A stretch of DNA of 64,000 nt, taken from the NCBI GenBank assembly GCA_964016885.1, contig OZ024743.1:101866001-101930000 (forward strand), written 5' to 3'. Source of the stretch: Eledone cirrhosa. Its lineage: Eukaryota. Within the stretch, counting starts at the first letter, position 1, and the number at the start of each line of letters is the position of its first letter. The notes under the pieces were generated by a model that saw only the letters and a program-made list of their open reading frames with translations, ran no database searches and was not told the origin of the DNA. Below are positions 53,124-64,000 of the stretch, piece after piece. The translations under genes were made by a program, and so were the position numbers.

Positions 53124-55028
53124 TTACCTTACTTCTCGTAGAGGAAGGATGGTTTGTCGATCCTTTTCACTGCTTGTGGCCTCCTCCGGAAGGATATCCT
53201 TATAAATCCTCCTGGAGAGTGCTTGTCGGAAGTCTCCGATGTCTTTGGGGAATTTTTGTTTTAGTGTCGTGTACGTTTTCTGTGTGATGCGAGTGATTTG
53301 TATGTGTGGAGGTGGTGTGAACTTTTGGGTTGTTGTGTTATCTTTTTCTGTGATGCTGGTGTTGTGTTGGATGTAGTGTAATAATTGGTTGTTGTTCAAA
53401 TTTAATGCTGTGTAGTGTGTATCGTTTTGGTTGTTTTGTTTTGTTTGCGTTTGTTGTGGGTTTGTTTCTGTTTCGCTTCTTGATGACTTTTGTGGTGTTG
53501 GGGTTAATGATGGTGTTGGTGTTTGTGGTGATGGGGTTGGTGATGCTGGTGTGGATGGTGGCATATCTGTCCTAACTTTTTTGTTTGATAGTTTATTTTT
53601 TTCTCTCTGTATTTTGTTTTTGGAGGGGGAGGGAAGATAATTTTTTCTTTTTTGGTTTCTTTTTTTCCTTTTTTCCTGATACCGTTTCCCACTCCTCGTC
53701 GTCACAATCTGTCTCCAGTTGTGACAGGCCGGGGAGTGAAAAATCCTCCACAGGCGTTGGTTTTGGTTGTGGCGTGGTGGATGGTGTTAGTTCTGGCGCG
53801 TTGGGTGGTGGTGGTGTTGGTTTTGCTACTGTTGCTGGGGTTGCTGCTGTTACAGTTGCTTCTGTTGTTGCTGCCATCTCTGCTGCTGGTGGTGTTGATG
53901 GTTGAGTCACTGGGGTGGGTAAGAGAGGTGGCCTCAACCTTTTAGCCTGAGGGCAGAAAGCCTTTAGGTGGGTTCCTTCACCTCAAACGACTCACCAAGG
54001 CCTTCTGCCCTCGACGATTACGATGAGGTGGCTGCCGTCAGTGAGGTCTATTACCTCTGGGATCTCGTCAATGCTTTTTTGGTCCGCTTGGATCAGGAGC
54101 TCCATCCCAGATCCGGACTAGTTCTCGTGCTTTTCTTTCGCTATTTCGATTATCTTGGTGTTGGCTTGGATGCCGGCGAGGACGGCAGCTATTAGCCAGG
54201 GAATTTCGATGGCCGGTGGAACGTGGGTCACCCTGATCTTCACGAGTCTCTGGCCACAATAGCTTGGGACGAGTGTGAAGTCGTCACTTCTTAATGGGGC
54301 CATGGAGTGTTCTCTAGCCTCCTGTGGTGTTTCAAAGAACACGTCCACGGTTCCATATTTCTGCCCACGTCTGATGTGTGTTTTTTTTGCCCACACATGT
54401 CCCAAAGCTTTTTGGATTTGGGACTCGGATGCCCGTTCCACTCGGCTCGATTTTATGTTAATCGTCCGATAAGACACGGTGCATAGGCGCCGATGCTTCA
54501 TTTTATTAGTGGGGGGGTGTGGGGGTGTGAAGCTGACCCTGTACCCATCTTTCTTTACCATTTTTGGGGCTTCTTCTAATTCCTCCTGAGTTACCGAAAT
54601 GCTTCGCACTGTTTTGCTACTCTGGCAAAACTCAGGGTGGTTTTCTTAATTTCATTGTTGCTGTTGTTATTATCGTTATTTCTGTTATTGTTAATTTTAG
54701 TTTCAGTTGTGGTGGTGGTGGTGGCGTCAGTGGTGTTCGGTGTGGAAGAGTTCATTTTGGTTGAATTCATTTCGATATCACGAGTTAAGTTATTTTTTTC
54801 ATTTGTTTCTGTTATCGCTGTGGTAGTGGTGGGGGTGGCGGCTTTAACACCTGCAATCATTGGTAATGGCGGGAAATGAATGTCTGCTTGAGACAAATTT
54901 AAAATATTGCTACTGCTTATATTTTTAGTTTTGGCAAACGTAGTAATATTTACAATGGTGGTGTCGCTATGAGGTGTTAGTTTGTGAGGAAGGCTCTCAG
55001 CTACTGGGTTCAGCTGTGAGTCGGCCAT
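53124..55028 (-). CDS. Tx1/L1 ORF1p (gag-like nucleic-acid binding protein), interrupted, with TGA codons in the zinc knuckle
   Basis: Frame 54609 to 53593 is continuous except TAG 54118-54120 and TGAs 53992-53994 and 53983-53985: ...VIVEGRRPW*VV*GEGTHLKAFCPQ... Confidence 0.75.
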
Positions 55029-55241
55029 GATTTTTCAAAGAAATTATTTTTGTTTGATAATTATAAAAAGTTTAAATTTTGGGCTCAATGCCCCAATCTT
55101 TTTGAGTGTCGTTTTCAGAAATCAATGTATGTGCATTTATATACAGTTAATAAAAATTTTCCATAAAGGGCAATTTTAAACAACTGAAAATAACAAACCT
55201 TTGCGGAGCTCACGGTAATACGATTTACTACGTAAGTCGCC

Positions 55242-55292
<51 letters not shown>

Positions 55293-55293
<1 letters not shown>

Positions 55294-55830
55294 GTCGTAG
55301 AACGTCACGAAATTGCTCCCGTAAGTTTTTTGATTTTTAACATATTTAAATCAATTGTGAAAGAACAATTCTTAGCACAAATGTTGCATAAAGGCACCGA
55401 ATGAGGTCCCATAAAGTTTCGGATCCATATTATATTGTTGTATCGCTCAAATATTCAATTTTGTATTATATATTTTGTATTCAAAAAATGAAAATGGTTA
55501 TAAATGGAACAAAACACCCTCTGTCTACACTATATAGAACAGCGGCAATTTCAATTTCACCAACACCAGAAACTTGATACACTACCTATCCCATCACACT
55601 AAATATAACGGCAACTTCACCGGCACCATAATAAGAATTACTATTATTATTGTCTCAAATTTTAAAAAATGTTTAATTCAAATTTTACGGGAATATGTCA
55701 ACACAAAGTATAATGAAAATATATATTAAACCTACGAACACAAACTCATAGATACTATATCAGTAACCACAACACCACCGCTGCCACCACCCCACCACAT
55801 CCATCATCGCCGCCACCACTCATTCAATGC
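55293..55830. repeat. ~540 bp non-coding repeat adjacent to (TAA)n
   Basis: Diverged direct copy at ~62528-63130 ('gctcccgtaagtttt...tttaacatatttaaatca...tgtctacactatatagaacagc'). Confidence 0.8.
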
Positions 55831-56137
55831 TACTGACACTATTCCCCTGTTAACTTGAGAGAGAAAAGGGAAGGTGGCGGTAGCACTAGACAAGAGAGAG
55901 GCTAGCAAAAGATATAAATAGATTGACTTGGTGACCTTGCACGGCCAAACGTCTACATCAACAATTATGGGACTGCTGGCTCACCCCTTCCTCACCAACA
56001 ATATAAAAAGCCCCGGCACCACCACCGACATAGCCAGCAGCAATAACAGCCAACTACAACAAAAAGTATATTATATTATTGTAATGCACTGGGTGATTGC
56101 TGGCCTTGTGCCTGGAGTGGAGACAATTATTAATAAT

Positions 56138-59100
56138 TTCATTCTTAAGCCACGCAATGCTCACATTAAGGAACCACTCATGATAATAACAATTTAAAAA
56201 AAAACAACAAAAAGAAAACCCCGTGACCAAGAAATACCGGGATGGCGGCCGGCGGGGAATAGCCATGTCTCTAGAGGAGAACGACCCCTCTAGTCTTGGT
56301 TGACACTCGTTCTAGAAGTGGTAACACGAAATGATTACCCCTTGGCGGATAAGGATAAAACGCGACAAAATAAAGTAAATGTCTAATGATAAATCTCATA
56401 CCGGATCGGCCGTCACCCGGGTAAAAAAGGGCCGCGTCCCTCAGAGAGGAACCAGACTGGGGTCGAAAAATCAGCTAATGGTTCAAACCTTCCCATCACT
56501 TCGGAGCTGGAGACCTCCCATAACCGGAATACTCCTACTGTTGGCCCTCCATGCTCACCACCAAGAAATCCAAAGAAAAAGAGAGAAAAATGGTCAAGGG
56601 AAGATAATAAAGAAGTCCTTGAGGCTTTCTACACTGCCATGTACTACCCATCAAATACATCGAATACAGAACAAACATATATCAACTGGAAAAAGAAACA
56701 TCCCGAAAACAGAGGCTATATTGACAGTAACAAACTAGCCAATATACGAAGAAATATTGTAAGAAAAAAGTTACTAACTGATATAGAAATTGATCAGATC
56801 AAGCTAGTAGCACAAAGTCAGCGAAGGGAAAATGAAGCATGTGTCAGTGAAAACGAGGTAAACTGTAACACTTCGAATCCCAGGGTTGGGGCGGAATCAC
56901 TGGCAACAGAACAAATTAAAGAAAGGAGCGAAAAAGTGGAGGGAGTGCATGCTCAGGATGAAACTCCAAATGAAAATAATGAGATCGTAAATGATAAAGA
57001 AATGAATGAGAATGAACTTGCCAACTTGAAGGATGAAATTATGATCGAATGGATGAAAATGAAAGAATCTGACATGGGGAAACGAGACACCCTCCCTAAG
57101 ATCCAGAACTCCAAACAGAACCAAAAGATAATACACAAGACTAACATAATTCTCAAAAACATTATCATCACAAACAAACTAAACATTACTGACTTAAATC
57201 ATCTCTATTATGCATCGGCTAAAGTCACCACTCACTTATGTGGAGTGAAGATGAAAAAACAAAGGAATTCCCACAAGAAATCTACTTGGCAAGATAACAT
57301 CAATCGCCAAATAAACCTTCTCCGATCTGACATAGAAATTTTAACAAACTATAAAGTAGGTGAACATGTTAAACAAACTAAACTTAGAAAATTGAAAAAA
57401 AAGTACAGTATAAGATCAACATGTGACATAGACATGCTGATAGAAACAATCAAGCAAAAAGTGTCGGCCAAAGCTGCTCGTATAAGGCGCTTTGAAAAAC
57501 GATCTAGATTCTATAAGGACAATAATATGTTCAAAAACAACCAAAGAAACTTCTACAGAAAAATTGGTAAGTCAACAATAACTGCTAAATCAATACCACC
57601 CAAGGAGGAAGTGCAAGAATTCTGGGAAAAGATCTGGGCCGAAGAAAAAGTTCATAACATACATGCCCCATGGATAGACAGACAAATGAAAGAAACAGCT
57701 CACCTTGAAGAACAAACATGGGAAAATATAACAGTTGAACAGCTGCGCTTGGCTCTAAGAAAAACCAGCAAATGGAAATCCCCAGGAAAAGACAAAATAC
57801 AAAACTTTTGGATAAATGCCTTCACAGAGTCTCATGAGCTGTTAGCCCAACTTTACAATGAAATAGTTAAGGAGCCAGAAAAGATACCATCATGGCTAGT
57901 TAACGGCATTACATTCCTGCTACCGAAGAATGATGAGACAAACAATCCCAAAAATTACAGACCGATAACCTGCTTGACCACAATGTATAAAATTTTAACA
58001 TCAGTCCTAACTGAATACACATATGACCACCTGATAACAAATGACCTATTTCCCATTGAGCAGAAAGGGTGTAAACGAGGCTCATATGGCTGTAAGGATC
58101 AGCTTCTGGTTAACAAAATGATACTGGAAGATTGTCATAATAGACACAAAAATCTATCGATTGCTTGGATAGATTATAAAAAAGCATTTGATAGTTTGCC
58201 ACACAGTTGGATTGAAAAATGTTTAGAGATTTTCAAAATATCCCCGTTGTCAGGAGGTTTTTGTCATTCAGTATGAGGACATGGAGAACGACACTCCTTT
58301 TGAATAGTGAAACAAAATCACTGGAAGCTGGAGAAGTTAACATTAATTGTGGAATTTTTCAGGGTGACTCTTTATCACCGCTTTTATTCTGCATCGCACT
58401 TATACCATTAAGTAAAATGCTCAATGAAACAAAACATGGATATAGAGTCTATGACAAAACCATTAATCACCTGTTCTACATGGATGACCTGAAACTATTT
58501 GCAAAAAATGATGAACAATTGCAAGGGCTATTGTCCACTGTGAAGCAGTTCAGTGATGACATTAAAATGGAGTTTGGACTGGATAAATGCGCTAAAGCAA
58601 TGTTCACCAGAGGAAAGCTGCTGAAGAGTTCAGACATTAATCTTGATCGGGGGAACGTGATAAGAGAGCTTGATCAAGAACAAACTTACAAATATCTAGG
58701 TGTTTGTGAAGGAGACGGAATCAAGCACTCGACAATGAGGGAAAGGATAAGGAAGGAATGTTACCGCAGAGTCAGAGCAATCTTAAGAACGGAATTGAAT
58801 GCAAGGAATAGGATCGATGCCATAAACACGCTTGCCATACCAGTAGTAACCTACAGTTACAATGTCATCAACTGGTCAAGCACAGAGATCCGTAGGCTCG
58901 ATACAAAAATCCGAAAATTCTTAACCATGCACAGAATGCATCACCCTAAGGCAGACATAGATAGAATATATCTCCCTAGGAAAGAAGGAGGACGTGGGTT
59001 AATCCAGTTAGACATTGCGTTGAAAACTGCAACAATTGGATTATCCACATATCTAAGGGAATCACATGATTGGATGATCAAACTCGTTTTGAAACACGAA

Positions 59101-60171
59101 AGCACCAAAAGATCATATTCCATTACAAAAGATGCACAAAGATACAGTAATGGACTACACATTTCAGAAGTCCCATTTACTGCTGAAATGGAAAACACAG
59201 AAAAAGCAAAGCAGGTAAAAGTAACTGCAAAGAAAGAACTGCTACAGAAACTGGCTAAGAAATGGCAAGAAAAGCCTCTGTATGGAAAATACCCAGAGCG
59301 AGTTAACAATCCTGATGTTGACAAAACTTTAACCCATCAGTGGTTGGCATCCTCTGGACTGAAATCGGAGACTGAAGGACTGATTATATCGGCACAAGAT
59401 CAGTGTCTGCCAACAAAAAATTACCAAGCCAACATAATAAAAAATGGGTGCAGCCCATTATGCCGTGTATGCAAAAAACAACCAGAGACCATTGACCATA
59501 TAATTTCAATGTGCAGTCCTATAGCTCCAACCGAATACCTAAACAGGCATGACAGAGCTGCACAATACATACATTGGATAATGTGTAAGCATTTTGACCT
59601 GCCCCATCAAAAGAATTGGTGGGAGCATCAACCACCTCCCATACTTGAAAAAGATCACATCTCAATCTTGTGGAACTTTAGCATCCAAACAGACCGAAAA
59701 ATAGATGCAAATAGACCTGATATAATATTGAAAGACTTTCAAAAGAGGGTATGCCTGCTAATTGATATGTCTGTTCCAATAGACAAGAATGTATCTATAA
59801 AAACATTTGAAAAATTGAGCAAGTATAAGGACCTGGAGATAGAAATTGGAAAAATGTGGAAATTGAGAACTAAAACAATACCAGTGGTTGTGGGCGCTCT
59901 GGGAATGATACCTAAGGGGTCTAATGATTACTTATCGCAAATCCCAGGAAACCCGCGTATAGGAGAAATACAAAAGATAGTACTAATGGGAACTGCCCAT
60001 ATACTAAGGAAGATTCTGTCAATATAAGTACATCACAAGTCTAAACACTAAAGATGCATGTGTGAATATGTATGTTCTTTCTTGAATATGGCGGACCTTG
60101 TTGTCTCTTGAGGTCACTGGTTGTGACTTGGTGATAACTCGTATGAACATAAAGCAAGATAAATGCAACTG
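56138..60171 (+). mobile_element. R4/Dong-clade RLE non-LTR retrotransposon, near full length
   Basis: Myb-like KWSREDNKEVLEAFY; RT (WKSPGKD, NYRPITCL, EQKG, WIDYKKAFDS, GIFQGDSLSP, HLFYMDDLK, YKYLG); CRVC..PETIDHIISMC knuckle; RHD; RPDI..LID..K.KY restriction-like EN. One frameshift ~58250. 3' end joined to (TAA)n 60172-60197. 5' end approximate. Confidence 0.95.
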
Positions 60172-60189
60172 TAATAATAATAATAATAA

Positions 60190-60263
60190 TAATAATTGTT
60201 TCTACTTTAGGCACAAGGTCAGCAATTAACCAGTGCATTACTGGTACTTTATTTTATCGACCG
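60190..60263 (-). mobile_element. 3' part of tRNA-derived SINE whose tail merges with the (TAA)n
   Basis: ttgtttctactttaggcacaaggtcagcaatt...ctggtactttattttatcgacc. Confidence 0.8.
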
Positions 60264-62383
60264 ACTTTTCCGAGTTTAGTTTGGCTCCTGTCAACCTTTC
60301 ATATTCCTTCAATAAGGTGCCGACCACCTCGATTTCTGAGTGTCCGACACAATCACGGTGGTGACGTCCGCATAAGCCGACACCACCTTTCCGCGTCCCG
60401 GTTCGAGTGGGATGCCCTGCAACAACTTCAGCTTCCGCAGTAAAAGCCCGAGAGTCAATACGTACAGAAGGACCGATCGGGAGAGCCGAAATGGCATGTG
60501 CCGCTGTGCATTGCAGCGATCCAGCTTCTGAAGACAGGGCCGAAGCCAGCTGCTTTGAAGACAAACTCCAGATACAGATGGTCGACCGTATCGAATGCTT
60601 TCGATTGATCTAAATTGATCAGTTCCCCACCGAAGCCAGGTTTACACCCTACCCTCTCTATGATGTATCGCATGAGGTGGAAATTGTCGTGTATGGACCT
60701 GGCTGGGATTGCACAAGTTTGCGCCTCCCCAACCAAATCCTCGACGACAAGCGCCAATCTCTTTGCTAACACCTTGGCCAAAATCTTAAACTCTGTGTTG
60801 AGCAGAGTTATGGGCCTGAAGTTATCTAATGTATCCCTCTTGTTTCTCGTCTTTCCTTATCAGCGTCACCACTCCCCTGCTCACAGAACTGGGAATACTC
60901 CCATTCTGTTGCCAGTTGCAGTAGAGTGATTCGAGGAGATCGGAGAAGTCTGGCATATTTACGTAAAGCTCATAGGGCAGGCCATCCAAACCGGGTGACT
61001 TGCGCCTCATGCAGCCGACAAGGGCGTCCTGAATTTCGGCTGAAGTAATCGGCCTTTCGCAGCGCTCGACGTCGACCGTCGAGATGCGCGGCAAGCCATC
61101 AAGGTAGGGACTGAAATCCACTACTCTCTCTGACTCGCCACTCTCCCCGAACAACCGAGCAAAGTGCGGGCGAAAGGCCTCACACATCCGCTTGGAATTG
61201 CTTATCTTGTGTCCGTCTCGGTCCGCCAAAGACCGAATTGTGGTTTTATTACCATGCCTCACCTCTGCCACGCGGGCCCATCGAACAACTTTGGTTCCCT
61301 TGTTTCTCAGCGCACGCGCCTTTAGCTCTGACAAAGCAACCTTTGTGTTTAGTATTGAAGAAATGGTCTAATGCTATTCTCGCCGCTAGCACGTCAGTTG
61401 CAATGCCACTACAAATAACCTCGTCTAACTTATCTACCAGCTCCCACTCCTTTCTATTTTTCTCTAACGCTAGTTCTTTGCTGAACTCTATCGAAGTTAC
61501 TCTAATCTCTCTTTTGAGAGCCACCCACCATCTGTTGTTGATGATCTCTCCTGTCAACTTTTGCTTAACTAAATTGTTGACTCGGTCCCTGTAAGCCTTA
61601 CGTGCCTGAAATGACATGTTCCAACCTATGCACTGCCCTAAACAGCACTGCCACCCCACCTCCCAATCCCGGCCTGTTAACAGATGCGAAAATCTGATAG
61701 TCGTCAAAAATGGGAGCTAGTGCGCGCGTGTCGGAAATCCTGGTCTCGCTGACGGCAATCACATCCATTCCCAGAGACCTGGAGGGGGTCACCTAGTGCT
61801 TAATAGCAAGGGCCTCGATTTTGAACAGTACCGAGATGATACCGAACTGCTTGGCCCTTGCTTTATACTCTATGTCACCTCCGATGCACTTCAAAGCAGC
61901 CCCGACCTCTGCTTGGCTGGAAAGTTCCACTTTGCGTGTCTGCACCGAAATGCATCGAAAGTACACCGTCCTCCTTTGCATGGCCGCTATTGCCACGTCT
62001 GGGATGGTCAGGTTTGCCCAGGACTTCTCCCGTTTAATTAACCTCCACGCCTGGACCAACTGTTCGTCTTTATCGCTAATATCAATATTCAATAAGCGAT
62101 TTGTTTTCGTTGCTGCCGCTGCAAAGGTAGTGCCTCTGTTTCTCTTGTTGGTATTGTCGTTCTTGCTGTTGCTGTTGTTGTTGGTGTTGTTGTTATTGTT
62201 TTGTCTGTTGTTGCTGTTGCCACCGCCATCCGTGTTTACATTGAGGATGTCGGTGTTATTGTCGTTGTTGTTCTGAGTTGTTGTGGTGGTTGTTGTGGTG
62301 GCGGTGGTGATGTTGTTTTGAGATGATGCTGCTACTATCACAGAAGGGAGCGGTTGTGGTGGTACCTTTTGTGTTTTGCCTTC
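60264..62383 (-). mobile_element. Second, heavily deleted Tx1/L1 element (related family)
   Basis: ORF1 N-term (TFAAAATK, RRTVYFRC), EN (DVIAVSETR, GGGVAVL), KSPGLDGLPYELY, LDQSKAFD, SAYAD. Region with the knuckle is deleted. Confidence 0.9.
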
Positions 62384-62427
<44 letters not shown>

Positions 62428-62483
62428 TTTCATTTATTAGCCACAAGGGCCGACATGTAGGGGACAATACAAAGACAGGGGAC

Positions 62484-62485
<2 letters not shown>
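62428..62485 (-). mobile_element. Extremely 5'-truncated Tx1 3' end inside (TAA)n
   Basis: tttcatttattagccacaaggg resembles the 3' end at 50495-50516. (TAA)n on both sides. Confidence 0.7.
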
Positions 62486-62515
<30 letters not shown>

Positions 62516-63715
62516 GAAGACGCACGAGGTGGTAGAAGGTCATGAAATCGCTCCCGTAAGTTTTGAATTTTTAACATATTTAAATCATTTGTGAAATAAC
62601 AACACTTAGTACAAATGCTACGTAAAGCATCCGGCTTGAGCCCCCAAAAAATTCGGACCCCAAATATATTGTTATAAGGCTCAAATATTCAAATATTCAA
62701 CTTTGTATTGTACATTGTATATTCAAAAAAGAAAATGGCTATAATTGGAAGAAGACCCCCCCCCCTCCTTTGTCTACACTATATAGAACAGCCAAACAAC
62801 ACCAATCTCACCAACACCAGAAACTAGATACACCACCTACCCCATCACCTCTCTGTGTACACTAAACACAACAGCCAGATAACGGCAATTTCACCACCAC
62901 CACAACCAATCTTAACATAATAAGGATAATAATAAATACTATTATTATTGTCCCAAGTCTTAACAAACTGTTTAATCCCAACATTAAGGGAATTTAGGTC
63001 AACACACATATACGCGACTAACCCCATAGATTCACCGAACGGACATCAGTCCTTCATTGCTACCACCGCTACAACAACACCATCACTGCTGCCATCATTA
63101 CTACCACTATCCCACCATCACCGCCGCCACCACTCCTTCATTGCTACCACCGCTACAACACCATCACTACAGTAATACGATCACATCACCACCACCACTG
63201 TCTCAGTATCGCTACCGCCGCTACTGTCTCCCATTGCTTCTGCTAGTTGCTGCCACCACATTATAGAATTCCTACTAAAAAAGAGGAAGGCATCAAAATA
63301 TATAGATAGACTCAAAAGAAAAAAGAAAAAACAAACATCAAAACCAAAACAGCACAGCAACAACAGCAAAAAACGAGAAAAACAAACAGAGAAAAACAAA
63401 AACAAAAAACAAAAAAAAACGTAAAGAAAATAAGAATGAAGAGAGAAACAAGCGGACGGACAGAGAAGGGAAAAACTAAGTCAGACATTCGAACACTACA
63501 TTACAATGAAACTTATGCTTATTCATTTTTGGGTTTTTTTATGCCTTTGTGTTTGTTTGTTTATTTGTGTTCGTCTACAGCGTGGTGATAATTCCACACA
63601 AGTGCCAAATGGAACGGCGCAACCACCGGAAACGGATGGCTATGTAACCATACATTCGCCAATCCTCGATAAGAGTGTTTAAATATCGAACCTAAACAGT
63701 TCGAATAACGGTGAA

Positions 63716-64000
63716 ATGGAGATTAGAACGTCATGTGACAGACTCTCACCCAACAGGTGCTCCCTGGCTCAGCAGCAGGAACCTGACTGTCAACCAAATA
63801 CTGCTGGTGTTGGAGGAAGAAGAAGAAGGAAAGGGGCCATAACCAACTGGACGAAAGAATTGAATAGAACTGTTATGCAATGTTACCTGAAAAGTAACCC
63901 CAAGGAGAGGGGCTATAGGAGACGGATGCATAACATCTGGAACGAGATTGGTCTATTTAAATTAGATGAACAAAAATTGGCCGGGCAGGCTCGGGTAATA
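63716..64000 (+). CDS. N-terminus of a second R4/Dong-clade ORF (runs off the window)
   Basis: Open frame MEIRTSCD...NWTKELNRTVMQCYLKSNPKERGYRRRMHNIWNEIGLFKLDEQKLAGQARVI, the Myb-like N-terminal motif of R4/Dong proteins. Not in the ORF track because it has no stop. Confidence 0.85.
   Translation, partial: MEIRTSCDRLSPNRCSLAQQQEPDCQPNTAGVGGRRRRKGAITNWTKELNRTVMQCYLKSNPKERGYRRRMHNIWNEIGLFKLDEQKLAGQARVI

Larger units (their letters stand above)
50494..55241 (-). mobile_element. Near full-length Tx1/L1-clade LINE (ORF1 plus internally deleted ORF2) between (TAA)n tracts
   Basis: ORF1 55028 to 53124 (two frameshifts, one TAG, two TGAs; SFARVAK, RRM-like region, CCHC knuckle). ORF2 from 53089: APE (SINARAL, SETR, GGGVAVL) fused by deletion to KSPGL.GLPYELY. 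RT: LDQSKAFDRVDH, VRQGCPLS, YADD. C-terminal CPRC...H...C. 3'UTR with AATAAA and (ATT)n tail. Confidence 0.95.

Overview
AT-rich animal genomic DNA made almost entirely of repeats, with no host protein-coding gene that I can support. The SINE families and the very long (TA)n/(CA)n tracts look like an octopus (coleoid cephalopod) genome; that assignment is an inference. Contents: (i) at least six Penelope-like retroelement (PLE) remnants (four Naiad-type, one Poseidon-type, one Neptune/Nematis-type), several with inverted termini; (ii) more than a dozen intact or decayed type-I hammerhead ribozyme (HHR) motifs, including three non-coding, terminally redundant retrozyme-like families with periods of about 430, 528 and 595 nt; (iii) a decayed autonomous Helitron plus three non-autonomous Helitrons; (iv) a mariner relic and CR1/L2-group LINE fragments; (v) from about 49 kb, a nest of Tx1/L1 and R4/Dong non-LTR elements in (TAA)n tracts. 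The best candidate for something undescribed is the near full-length Tx1/L1 element (50494-55241, minus). Its ORF1 CCHC zinc knuckle has in-frame TGA at both CxxC cysteines (U-V-V-U-G-E-G-T-H-L-K-A-F-C), and a long SECIS-like hairpin lies at the end of ORF2, suggesting a selenocysteine-recoded LINE ORF1p. Naiad fragments here also carry TGA/TAA/TGG at conserved Cys positions. All coordinates and structures were read by eye.
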